Origin: Macrostomum lignano
Lineage: Eukaryota
Assembly: GCA_002269645.1 (NCBI GenBank)
Contig: NIVC01001446.1
Span: 1-64,000, forward strand
Length of the DNA stretch: 64,000 nt
Reading direction: 5' to 3'
The notes beneath the pieces were generated by a model. That model was not told the origin of the DNA. It made no database searches and saw nothing but the letters and a program-made list of their open reading frames with translations. The first letter of the stretch is position 1. The number at the start of each line of letters is the position of its first letter. A program made the translations under genes and the position numbers. Shown here in pieces: positions 34,243 to 46,420 of this stretch.

Positions 34243-36285
34243 CTATTGATTTACTTAGAGGTTATTTGAGGCCTTGATTTTAGGCTGCTTGAGTACTTGG
34301 GTCAGGTATTCATTAGTCGGTGATTATTTTCTTATTAAATTTGCTAGCATCAGCACTGTTGGTAAAATTCGGCAGCAAATTGTATTTCTCGTGCCTGTTA
34401 CAATATGCCTGCTCAACTATCTAATCTCTCTAGATAATTTCGGACCCATTAGTCATGCCACACGACATTGCGCGAGTATGATAAGCATACAATTGGTATT
34501 TTGGCTAACAAGTGGTTTTCTTTGTGTTCTTGGATTTTCATTGTAGCTCGAGTACTTGAGAACCATTTTTTAATGAACATGAATGATATAGTTTTGTTGC
34601 AAAAACTATGAAGACTTCACATTTATTAATTGGACGAAAGCCAATGAAAGAATCATCTCTCTCAATTGCCAGATACGAGTATACCAGGATGCCAGAAATT
34701 ACGAGTTAAAAGCTTTATAGAGCTGATGCAGCTTGAAGTTAACTCGCTGAAGTACATGGGAATCGATGTGAATGAATAGAGGAAGAGAGTTCTGTAAGCG
34801 GTCTCGAACTCGGCAACAATTGGCTGTACCTATGATTGGCTAAGAAACACCAAAACACGACAAGGCGCAAGCCTAGAGACGGGGTAGAGAGGGCAACCAA
34901 TCAGGCTTAACTCGCTTAAACTTGCAAACTCGCTTAAAACTTGCTATGATTTTATGTAGACATACTATTACTAATTCAACAAAGCATGCAAAAATGTGCC
35001 AGACCAGAGTTTCTAACTAATAATTTAACAGAAACAGAAAAGTAGTTTAATCAATATATTGTTTTATAAGCATTAACTGTCAGAGTTATCTTACTCTATG
35101 CTATATACGCTAGCCTACGCTATACTATTTATTTAACTTCTAATAGTAGTATGGGTTAACAGAACACTGCCGCAGAAATTTTCGTGGAAAAGCCGTGGGC
35201 CTAGTGAGTGAAGTGAGTGAACATACGGGCCTATGTAAACGCATTGAGAAACTTATCTATTTGCGAGTCTTACGTCCTGATGCAACGGTAACTTCTAGTG
35301 GTCCTTGGTTAGACTTTGGCGCGCATAACTGGAGGGGGCTGAGACGACTGGGGAGGGGGTGTTAGCGCAGGCACCTGGACCAAAGGAATCAGAGTGCCGG
35401 GCCCTACCTGACCGAGAGCTAGCGATCACTCATTAGTGCAAGTGTACTCGTACCTGCACAAAGCAATATAAACGCTTTTTAAACGTTTAATCGGGCAGTT
35501 GTAATTTCAACTCAAGTCTGACTAGCTGTCTGCTTGCGCTTTTTTATCTGTCTGGACTTGATATCGCGTGACTTGTTCCTGCTTGCAGATCGGAACGGCA
35601 GTCCGTATTAAAACACGCCCTGGGACTCTAATCAGCGTCTCTGGCTATATTTTAAGAAACTTCTTGCTTAAATACGCAGACATCGCTTGTATACAGACAG
35701 TTCGTGTTCAGGTATTTCGACAATTCTCGACAGCCCTCGGGAGCTGAAAAAAGCACCACTGAAGCGTACATGTAAGTAAACTGCAGCGTTGCACATGTCT
35801 GGTATCCTGGACCATCAATACTGTACAAGCAGCACAAGTTATAGCTTAGCTCGTAGATTATTAGGCCGGGTATCAGAGCATCAAAAGGAGCAGCAGACTG
35901 CGGATACGCCTTTCCTCAGTCTTTCTGAAGATGAAACCAGCATGTAGCTGTCTGCAAACTAATCAATTATTCTTCAAACCTCTCAGGCGACTCTCGTGTG
36001 AGTTTTATATCAGAGAGGCCTTGAGTTCAATTAAGTTTTAAGCAAATTTTTTGTTAATCTTATCCACCTGCTTTATGTGGAGCTTGATGGCAAAAAATGG
36101 GTCATAACTAAGGACATTGATAGCAACAGAGTAAGTCAGCAATGCACATCGGATCTTTTCAGTGTATCAGGCTTTCTAAAGTGTCTGAAAATTCGTAGTC
36201 GATCAGTACATTTAGTATAGGGAAAGAGTGCTAGCTTTTGGCTATAGGAATTTAATTGTATGATCAATTTTTTTTCGTCCACAGA

Positions 36286-39200
36286 ATGCAACATCAGCGT
36301 ATGCTCAGCTTGAGCCTGTCTATTCTGGTCGTTGCTCTGAACTGCTCAATATCAATCAGTTCACTCATCTGCGAGAACGGCGGCACTTTTGACTCTCTTA
36401 ATTATGAGTGCATCTGCACTCCTAATTCTTACGGCATTCGATGCGAAACTTTGTTCGTGACTTCGGACCCGTGCGCCGATTGGAAATCCAAACAGGTGAT
36501 TCACGACTCACAAGCAGTGCACAGGCTCGGCAATGCAATGATTTGTGGAGAGTCGCCAGACCTACCGTGTGTGGACTTCTCTGTCATTAAAGCTGACTGG
36601 TACCGTTTGGCATCTCCTGCTGGCGGCCAATTAGTAATTGGCTGTCCGACAGGCGCCATAGCCTGCGGTAGTCAACAAGCGTATTTCCTTGTTAACGAAA
36701 CCATTGAACAGGAAGACAATGCCAACAGAATCCTGTTAAGAGCCAGGGCATACCGCTATCGGCCTAACCTGACCGGCTCATGCTTTTTGTCTGGCGACAC
36801 AAGCTATCCAGTGCGCATTCTGAAGTGCTTCTCTGAGCTGACTCTGTACTACCTTCAGCCTTTACCGAGCTTTCTTAATCACTATTGCATAGGAAGCAAG
36901 GCACCCTGCGACGCTGGCCTCATCTCCGTGGAAGGCACAGGGTTCGAGCCCTGTATCAGACAAACACAGTGTCTGCCAAAGCTGACCGAGAATGCTTTAG
37001 CGCCTCAGTTGCGCTTAGATTATGAAGTGAAACCTAATGGTCAGTACAAAGCTCTTTTTAGGTGCAACGTTTTTGCTTCTTTCCAAGTCAACACAAGCGA
37101 GGCTAATGGAGTGCTTTATCGGATAGAGTTTGAGCTGAACTTTAGAAATGGAACGTCAGTGCTGATTCAGAAATGCGTTTCGAATAATATCTCTATTGGG
37201 GTTGGCAAAAACCGAACTTTTGAGTGCAGGTCCGAGTATGTACTTGCCAGAGAAACCAATGTGTATGGCGGATCACTAACTTGTCGTAGTCGTGCGAAAT
37301 GCCGAAACTCTGGAGCTGAGTACAACTCCATGCCTGTAGTTTCGAATAGTCACGGATTTTACTTCAAGCACTATTTTCAAGGAGCCAGAGATGTGATCAC
37401 ACCGAATGAGCCGACTTCTCTATGCATCGACTCAGTGAACATTCCTGCCTTAACAGAAGTACAGTTTTTCGTCTCAGTGGGTAGACAGCAGATTATTTCA
37501 ACTGATCAAATTGATGTTTCTATTATAAGACGCGATGGAAATGAAAGTTTGAGTTGTGGATTTGCGATGAAAAACGACCGGCGCAAAAACAAGAAGGTGT
37601 GCATCGATATGATGCTCTACAATCATGATCCTGACAATCGAATCCCGCTCGGTTTGACAAAGGGTCAGCAGATCAGCATTATCAAAGTGAATATTTCATT
37701 CGCTTCAATGGCAGACGGTCTTTTCACTGTTTTGAGCAATGGTACTTGGTTCCCTCTTAAAATCCAGAATATCGAAATGAAAGTTGACTTGTCAAGATTA
37801 ATGACAGACGTCACTACCTATTTGCATCTTTACACCGATCCCCAGGTGAAGACGGCAAAGTCAGCCTACACATCCGAGGAAACTTTCGGTATTAGTAATG
37901 GCTACTACAGCTTATTGGCTCACAGAATCCTCCCTTATGAGATACAAGTGAAAGTGGATGGCTGGTACGTAACGGAAATATCAATGCGCTATTTGTACTA
38001 CATAATTTCGATTCGAGGTAGCAGTTCAACCGGATCTATTCAAAATCCGGAAGTTACATATAAAGTTCCTCCGAGAGATCGGGATTCGAGTCGCCGAAAT
38101 TTGACATTACCACTTGAACGAGACGGATTGCCTTTCGGGGTGACAGCAGAAAACGTTGGATATGCAATGAAAATCCGCTTCAAATTGTATGGAACGATTC
38201 TCTACGTGTGGGGCTTCAGGACTGGCTCTTTAAGAGACTGCCTTGGGAACTTTGTAATGAGTAACGCAAATATGCAAGCTGCGTCTTCTTGTGCAAAGAG
38301 CTTTTATCCTGTTGGAAATGGCCGAATCGCTCTGGATGTGATGGTTGTGCCCGGATTTTACGATACACCAAACATGGTGGAAGGACTTATTTATGGATCA
38401 AATCGAGGCCCAATCGATAGTAATATAGACAACATGTTCTCTTCTCAGTTTCAAATGCCCGCCATTAAAGACTATTCTAAACGAATCCAGCCCACTGAAA
38501 TTCTTGGCATCTGCACGTGTGGTAAAAAAGAATTACTGACGAGCAACTGCTTCGTATCAATTAATAATGTCAAAAGAGACAAACGAACGGCTGAAGCAGC
38601 CCCTGTAAATAAAGGCGCGGTTTCCTTTCAGCAACTCCCAAAAAGAGAAATATCGCAGAAAGAGGCAGATGAGTTCTGCAACACGTTCGTGCAGCTTCAG
38701 CTGAGAAGGTCTGTCAGCACTGACATCTGTGCTCAAATGAAAGATCCCACCGGTCAAGCAGATTATATCAGCCAGTTTAAGCTTATATGTGCTCAATATG
38801 CCACTGTGCTTGGAACATTCGACTCGACTCAGTCCCTGTTTAACTCGATGCTGGGCATGTGCTACACAGAGATGACCTACAATGCATCCGTGGTTCTGGG
38901 AAACTCCAGCAAGATTGAGGCTCTGGTTGAAGATCTGTGCCCATCAAACTGCTCAGGCAGAGGCCAGTGTCTAAGTGGCGAATGCGCCTGCATGGACGGA
39001 TTCTGGGGTCCCGGCTGCGAGTTTGAGATCGCCAGGCGAGACGAAATTCCTATCGAGGTTGAGCTGCTGCAACGGAGCATCTTCTGCTCCTCCGACAAGT
39101 GCACGGCTGTCTACCTGAGCGTAAAACCATTGCTGAGGTCCACTGACTCTGTGTGCAACATCCAGCTGAACTCCAGTCTCAATTACTCGACACCGTCTGT

Positions 39201-39611
39201 TTACATCAGCGGAGACATCGTGAAGTGCGAGCTGCAAGAGATACACGATAGTCTATTCGAAGACCAGCGAATGTTTTTGCTGCTTCAGGTAAGGCTGTGT
39301 AAAGCTTCAAAATGCTTAAAAATGGAATCTCATAAAACCCGATCGATCTTGAACAGATCTCGCTGACGGCAGCCGATTGGGAGTCGAGCAACTCGGTGTC
39401 CGTGCTACTGCACCAGGCGCAGTGCGATGGCCGGCCTGTGACCTGCGACAGCGACTTGTTGACCTGCCAAGCCGCGGGTCTGCAGCGAGAGAACGGCGGT
39501 GGCGGCAGCGAGTGTCCGCCAACCCTAGAAAAACGAGGTTGCTTGAGACTGCCGACTGCGAGCCTCCTGGTGACTGTCACTGTGTTGATCGCGCTGATTA
39601 ACTACTACTGA
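36286..39611 (+). CDS. VWDE-like cell-surface protein (EGF, UMOD/D8C-like, VWD-like, EGF, hydrophobic C-tail); join(36286..39288, 39357..39611)
   Basis: Signal peptide LSLSILVVALNC; CENGGTF EGF; DPCADW...WYRL...CPT...CGS; LYTDPQVKT; CPSNCSGRGQC..GECACMDGFWGPGC; in-frame GT-AG intron adds a GPI-like tail; start Met at 36286 or 36301. Confidence 0.75.
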
Positions 39612-40019
39612 CTGATGCTGGCAAAAGGAGAAAAAAGTGCAAAAAGTAGATGTTATGGAGACTCCTTAAAACAGGAAAATTATTTAGCATACTGCTTATT
39701 GCTACGAAGTCTGTTTCCCCTTCAGATTTTCAATGCTTAAATCATATGAAGCACATGCATAAAATTTTCTTCCGTTTGTTCGAATTAAGTGTTTTTATGC
39801 GTAATACTGGTATTCCAAAGCCCTGGAACCCTGATTCCTTTGCTTCAACAAGAGGAAACGCATAAGTAAACACATCTGTTCCAACTTTTGCAAACTACGA
39901 GTTGTGGAAAAGATAATTAAACAGCAAATATATCCTTTCGTTTGTTAAAAAGGAGGGAACTTAACGGTTTCAACTCTTATTGCCGAATCGAGATCGCATC
40001 TGCGTCGGACTCACGACTG

Positions 40020-40240
40020 AAAAGTCGGGGGTTCGATTCTCGACCTACTCGGAACAAATTATGTTCTTGAACAAGACACTTAATTCTCTGTATTACTTCA
40101 GTTCACCCAGCTGTAAAATGGGTGCCAGCATTAGCTGGGGTAATTGAGGGTGTGTGGCGACCCCCCAGTCCTTGGACTGAACAGCCGTACGCAGCCTTCA
40201 GATGCGCCGCGCAATAGCTGCGACTGAGCTGTTGGTTGCA
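40020..40240 (+). mobile_element. tRNA-derived SINE (family 2)
   Basis: B box ggttcgattct followed by the family 2 core. Confidence 0.8.
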
Positions 40241-40248
40241 CATCCACC

Positions 40249-40942
40249 CACAGAACTTACACAGAATGCTCAATCAGCGATTTAATGAAATTAAACTGCG
40301 TAGAAATAGATATGCGTAAAACTACTAATCCGGTGAAGAAACATAAGTAGCCATAGACTAATACTCAAGTGTGTAGCACAAGACCGCCTGATTTATTAAG
40401 TCAGTAACCAGAAACCATGCAGCAATCGAAACGTGAAACGTAGAAACCAGTTAAACTGGAGCACAAAAAGTTTTGAAGTGATGCAACTCAAAAAGTTGGA
40501 TAAAAAACGGAAAAGTGTCATTAAAGCACTGCCATTAGTTGCCAACGTTCATTCGCAAAAATTTCTTGCTCACTGCGTCTGCGCCGAACACTTGCTTCCT
40601 CTTCCTTTGCCTTTGAGTTTCCCGTCGTTGATTGCTGCACCAATGGTGCAGCCGTAGGCGGCAATACAGCGCTGCAAAGCTGATTGCACAACTTACCGAA
40701 TGGGACTCAATGTGCAGATTGAGAGCGGGCTGATTCGCTGCAGCAAATTTTCGCTGAAGGTCTTTGCCAACGCCTTTCTGTTGGAAATAGGATTTGTCAC
40801 TGCCAAGAAAGATTTGCTCCATGATGGCTATGTCTATGGCTACTTATGTTTCTTCACCGGATTAGTAGTTTGTACGCATACCTTTTTCTACGCAGTTTAA
40901 TTTCATTAAATCGCTGATTGAGCATTCTGTGTAAGTTCTGTG
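40249..40942. mobile_element. 694-bp MITE with about 115-bp TIRs and 8-bp TSD
   Basis: CATCCACC|cacagaacttac ... gtaagttctgtg|CATCCACC. Confidence 0.85.
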
Positions 40943-41705
40943 CATCCACCCTTTAATAATAACAATAATCGATTACACCTGCACAATTGTCCATAGACAC
41001 CAGGAGCCACCTGCTGAAGGTGGCGACGGAGTCTGGAGTGATGACTGAATTCTTGAGAGACTAGAACGGAAAAACTGAAAAAATTTTTCTTGCTACTGCA
41101 TTTTGGAGCGGCTCCAGTGAAATCTGCCGGCCCAATTTGTAGAGTGTCGAGCGTCCTTTAGCTGCTACTTGAGTTGTCTTTTACTAGTCAGAAAATCCAT
41201 CCACTGTATAAATCACAATCAAACGCAGATAAGAATTCTACCCTCGGTCCCCTTATAAGAATTAGAATGTCATTTCTGAGAATCTCTCTCCTCGGCCAAG
41301 TCAGTCCTGTCGTACCAGTCCTACTTAAACACCACACGTAGCTCATTAGTTCTGAAAAGTTCATGTAAAATATGCCAATTTCACCAGAGCTGTACAACTG
41401 CGGTTTCAGCTGCAGCCTGGCTAAGATAAGAATTCACCATAGGTTTGATCTCAGTAGCCCAACCTGCATGCGGTTTAGCGCACAGTTTGTTTATCTTTGC
41501 AGTACAGGAAAATTATGTACCTTTGCAAACACAAAATGAGTATTTCACTGCGTAGGCAAAAAAATGAAACAGATATTTTAATGTACCTTGTAGTGCAGTT
41601 TAAAAGCTGGAGCCACCTGCGTTTTATGCAATACAGATTTTGGCCTGTCACCTAAACTATAAAGCAGCGATTGCGCTCAGCTGTCACCCCTGTCCCCATC
41701 GATTG

Positions 41706-42720
41706 ATGAGTCATCAACAGCCGGAATCAACGGAGCCTTCAGTTTCCCCGGCTGCCACGCCTGCGGCGACTGCATTCGGCATGGAGGGGCAGACCGCCGC
41801 CGAGCACGGAAAGTACGTGCAGCTCAATAACATAGGTGAGCTGGTCGCCGCGTGCATATGGTTTGGGCCCGGCGTTCTTGCCAATTGAAGAACTCATGAA
41901 TTACAGAACGTATTCAGCTCAGACTTATTATTCACATAAAGCCAATCACCCAAACCCAATCACCCAAACCCAATCACCCAAACCCAATCACCCAAACCCA
42001 ATCACCCAAACCCAATCACCCAAACCTAATCACCTAAACCCAATCACCCAAACCCAATCACCCAAACCCAATCACCCAAACCCAATCACCCAAACCCAAT
42101 CACCCAAACCCAATCACCCAAACCCAATCACCCAAACCCAATCACCAAAACTCATTCACCCAAAACCATTCACTAAAAGTTATTCACCCAAACAAATTCA
42201 CCCAAACCGATTTATCCATATTCATTCACCCAAAACCATTCACTAAAACTCATCCACCCAAATCAACTCACACCAACCAAACCCAACAGTCTCAGATGAC
42301 GAGGACGCCAGCTCAGAATACGTTCTGGAGGACGTATCGCAAAAGAAGAGCCCAATCGCCTATGCCCGGCTGTTTAACGTGGGGCCCAACAGGCCCCCCA
42401 TAGACTACTACTGGCTGTGCGTGGCCAGCCTCATTGTACAGTTGCTGCTGGCGCCCTACCTGTTCCTCATGGAGCTGGGCTGCGGCATGAACCTGGCGCT
42501 CCGGGCCATTCAAAGCTGCCGCTATTCTCGCTCGTATTTCGCTCGCAGCGAGTTCGAACTGGCTGCCCTGACGGCCTTCAAAGCCGGACGGTACGCCGGC
42601 GGCTCCCTGCTGCTCAGCGCGCTGACTGCCGCTCTGGCAGCCGCCTTCATCCTGCCGATCCTGCTGGTGCAGCCGCAGCCAGAGACTTCGCTAGACTTTC
42701 ACATCATCTCTGAGTCCTAG
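41706..42720 (+). CDS. Unknown multi-pass membrane protein; join(41706..41835, 42296..42720), may continue downstream
   Basis: GT-AG intron keeps frame; GC-rich coding style; hydrophobic YYWLCVASLIVQLLLAPYLFL and LLLSALTAALAAAFILPILLV. Confidence 0.55.
41945..42150. repeat. 15-bp minisatellite (cccaatcacccaaac)n
   Basis: Direct reading. Confidence 0.95.
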
Positions 42721-42789
42721 GTTATATATTGTATAGATAGAACTTGAAACTGATGGACCCAATTATTCAGTGAGTCGCTTCCTGCCTAC

Positions 42790-43410
42790 CTTGATCCTTC
42801 TACCTGTCTACCCAATCCTTAATACAGATGGTACCTGTCTGCCCTGATCCTTAATATAGATGGTACCTGTCTGCCCAATCCTTAATACAGATGGTGCCTG
42901 TCTGCCCAATCCTTAATACAGATGGTACCTGTCTGCCCAATCCTTAATACAGATGGTACCTGTCTGCCCAATCCTTAATACAGATGGTACCTGTCTGCCC
43001 AATCCTTAATACAGATGGTAACTGTCTGCCCAATCCTTAATACAGATGGTACCTGTCTGTCCTGATCCTTAATATAGATGGTAACTGTCTGCCCAATCCT
43101 TAATACAGATGGTAACTGTCTGCCCAATCCTTAATACAGATGGTAACTGTCTGCCCAATCCTTAATACAGATGGTAACTGTCTGCCCAATCCTTAATACA
43201 GATGGTACCTGTCTGCCCAATCCTTAATACAGATGGTACCTGTCTGCCCAATCCTTAATACAGATGGTAACTGTCTGCCCAATCCTTAATACAGATGGTA
43301 CCTGTCTGTCCTGATCCTTAATATAGATGGTACCTGTCTACCCAATCCTTAATACAGATGGTAACTGTCTCTCCCGATCCCTAATATAGATGGTACCTGT
43401 CTCCACTGAT
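42790..43410. repeat. 31-bp minisatellite (cccaatccttaatacagatggtacctgtctg)n
   Basis: Direct reading. Confidence 0.95.
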
Positions 43411-46147
43411 CCATAAAGCATAAATCCCACCAGCCTTAAATGCTAATAAGAATTAAATTTTGTACTTTTAGCTTTAAATAAACTCCACATAACTACGTCC
43501 AAGTTTGGTTTAGTGCAAAATGTACAGTAAGAAAAGTATTAGCAGATTCTACAAGATTTTTCTCTTTGCAACAGTCTATCATTCAGTAGATTGTAAACCT
43601 GAGTTTTGAAATTTGTCGTGATTTGTACATAATAGATAGAATAAGTCAATTTCCAGGCCTATTCTGCTACCATGAATCTGCTATGCTGCGATTGATATAT
43701 AAATGGTGATGAGGCCGCACTTTTTCCCAAATTCTACGCTAGCATATGGGCTCTATACTTGCTAGCCTACTAACAACACGCTATGGGCATTTTTTCTTCT
43801 CTTTATGCAATTTTCCTAGAATCCATACTAATTATATAATTTTGCCACACCAGTAGTTATAATAACATAGGCGCGGCTTTTGGTTCATAAATCATTGCTT
43901 TCGAGCTGGTCTGACAGTAACCTGCGCCTCACTCACCTGGCGCCAGATAGTCTGAGAGGATGCAGGCGGTAGCTTTTTCTTCATCATTTTGACAGGCCAT
44001 CAAGATTTATGAGGTCAAGGCCTATTGTTCGTGTTCACTCAAGCGTGTGACAGCTTTGACAGCTATGCGTTTTACCCCTAAAAGTACGTTGGGATTTGCG
44101 ATTAGCGATTTCTCTTCATTATCTTTACTTTCTACTTAATAAGAGCTTTCTAATGTATATTTTTTCATTAATTTTTGTTATTCCTTCGCGAAAGGTCATA
44201 AATCATTATGTAGCGATTTTGAGTGATTTATGACCGCACCTGTCGTATTTTATGGCCCCGAGGGAACTGATAGGATCTCTTGGTCACGTGAGTTTGGGTG
44301 GCAACAAGCTCAGCCAATCAGAAAATTCGACGTGCGTTATAACAAATCGGCTCAGCCAATCAGAATTGAGGTGTTCCATTATAACAAATTGCGGTCCAGT
44401 TGGCGGCTATTTAAACCGGCGTTTTTGGCCCGTTCGGAACTCATCTGGCTGGAACTCGGCTCCTCCTAGAACTTTGGCCTAACGGAGCCCGACCGTCGTT
44501 TCTTGATCTCAGGATCGCGACTCACCCCCCATCACAATCAAGGACGAATTCGCACGGTCGTCAGCAGCGAACATCAAAGCTGAGAGCATCACCTGCTAGC
44601 TATCTGTGAAGATTGTGACATCAGCATCATCCCGGGCCTACAGCTGCGAAGCACTAAGCCAATCCGCAGGTCACTACGGATTTCCTGGTCTCCGGCTGTT
44701 GAGTTTCTGATTGGTTGGGTGTGAGGCTACCTAGACTTGCTTGATTGGGTGATTCCTTATCTGTCCCCTATTTCAGTAGCTGAATTAGGCGCACACTTTT
44801 GCTCATTTTGTTCAGTAGTGCTGTTGCTGAGGCAGAGATCATTCAATAATACTGTTAGTAGTCTGAAACTCCAATTCAATCTGAGGTGCGAAGTGAATCA
44901 GTGAGAAGGTTAAATCTGACAGTTATTTTTATCGGTTTTATTTCTTTGTTCGCCGATGGCTCTAGATGAGTAGCTAAGCTAGTAGGCGCCGGTCGCAGTG
45001 GACAATGGCAAGGCAGTTCTCAGTCGATCAATCTATCAAATCAGTGAGCAAAATCGCCAATAGTGCAAAATCGGCGCTAGAGATGTACTCTGTGCACTCT
45101 AGGTTCGCCAAGCGGCTCGGGTAAGGAATCATGCGGTCTCTGATGTTCGAGTTAGTCTATCATCAGCGCTACAAGAGGTTAGTTGGCGCGTTGAAGGCCA
45201 AAAGTACATTTCTCGTATTTAGCAATGTAATAGTACATGTAGCTACCCGAATAGTCTCGCCACTGCAAGAATCCCCTGCACAAGTCCCCTCTGTACCTGC
45301 ATGGCCAATGCGATCGAGTCCCAGCAGTGTCCCTTATCATCGGCTGTGACTTCGAGATTGACAGCAAAAAGGCACTAGTTGGCAGGTAAGTGCCAAGCCC
45401 CCTCTAGTCGGAAGCCCGATTTCGAGAGTCCCGGTTTGGTGAGCCAGGACGCACGGGCTGGTGGCAGCGGTTTAGTTAATCTGCGGATTAGCTAATCTCT
45501 ACCTTCAAAAGCCTCCCTGCTTGTCTCTCGCTGTCCCTCTCTTAGTTATAGGACCTAGACTGCTCGCCACACGATCAAGCTACCATGGGGCTGACCATCT
45601 GACAGGAGTGGGGGGCCAGGACTCTAATTGATTTATTTCTGAGACCTGAGGCCCGAAGTCTTCCCCAAAAGGGGGCCGAAAGGCCGAAACCCATCAATGG
45701 ATTTAAACAACTAAAAAATTCAAATATATTTGCAGAAACAGGTTTGAATCAGTAAGAAGAGTGCTGCTCCAGAATGCTCAATATTTTTTAATTTTTAGGT
45801 TTAAAAATAAGATATTCGAACAGCTAAAATCAAAAGCTCCTAAAATTACAGAACAGAAACATATTTTTAACGTTGTGGATGGACGCAAAATTCACCTGTA
45901 TGAGTTGAAGACTCCTGGATTAGAGCCATTTAGAGGAGGACAATGGAGTCAGCTGACCCCTTAGCGAAAATGAGAGTGCCATTCTCTCGCCCGCTGCGCT
46001 AAAACTATGCTGAAATGTTGCGGCCTGGCAGAGCCGTCTCACCTCACTGATTTAACAAACAAATAACAGCAGGTAAAAATGAATGTGAGCATGTACTATT
46101 ATCAACACTTATTAAATTCACTTGAGTTTACTTTATGTGATGTTATA

Positions 46148-46420
46148 CCGGGGCGTCGCCACCAGGCGGGAGTTGGGACATGTCCTGCCAGTAAAAGTTT
46201 TGGGGGGGGACACATTTCGAGTATGCTTTGTCCCCCCTACCCCACCTTTATTATTGACCTGTTGTATGCAAAGCAATAATTTTGCTTCAGTGCGAAAAAA
46301 ACCTAAAATGAGTGCCTGCAGCGCTAACATGATCGCTGATAACACCAATTCTGAAAATAAGGTACATGTCGAATTCTTGGCTTTTGTCCCCCCACCATAA
46401 AATCTATGGCGACGCGCCTG
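46148..46420. mobile_element. Short copy of the hAT-type MITE family at 32651, inverted, with only about two 21-bp units
   Basis: Shared ends and internal segments (ccagtaaaagttttggggggg; tttgtccccccaccataaaatc); imperfect TSD gatgttat/gatgttac. Confidence 0.8.

Noticed and set aside
44209-45650. LTR with tRNA-Leu-like PBS (TGTAGCG start, CCAAT and TATA-like boxes, TGGTGGCAGCGGT near 45458)
   Set aside because: No CA end next to the PBS, no second LTR, TSD or gag/pol; suggestive only
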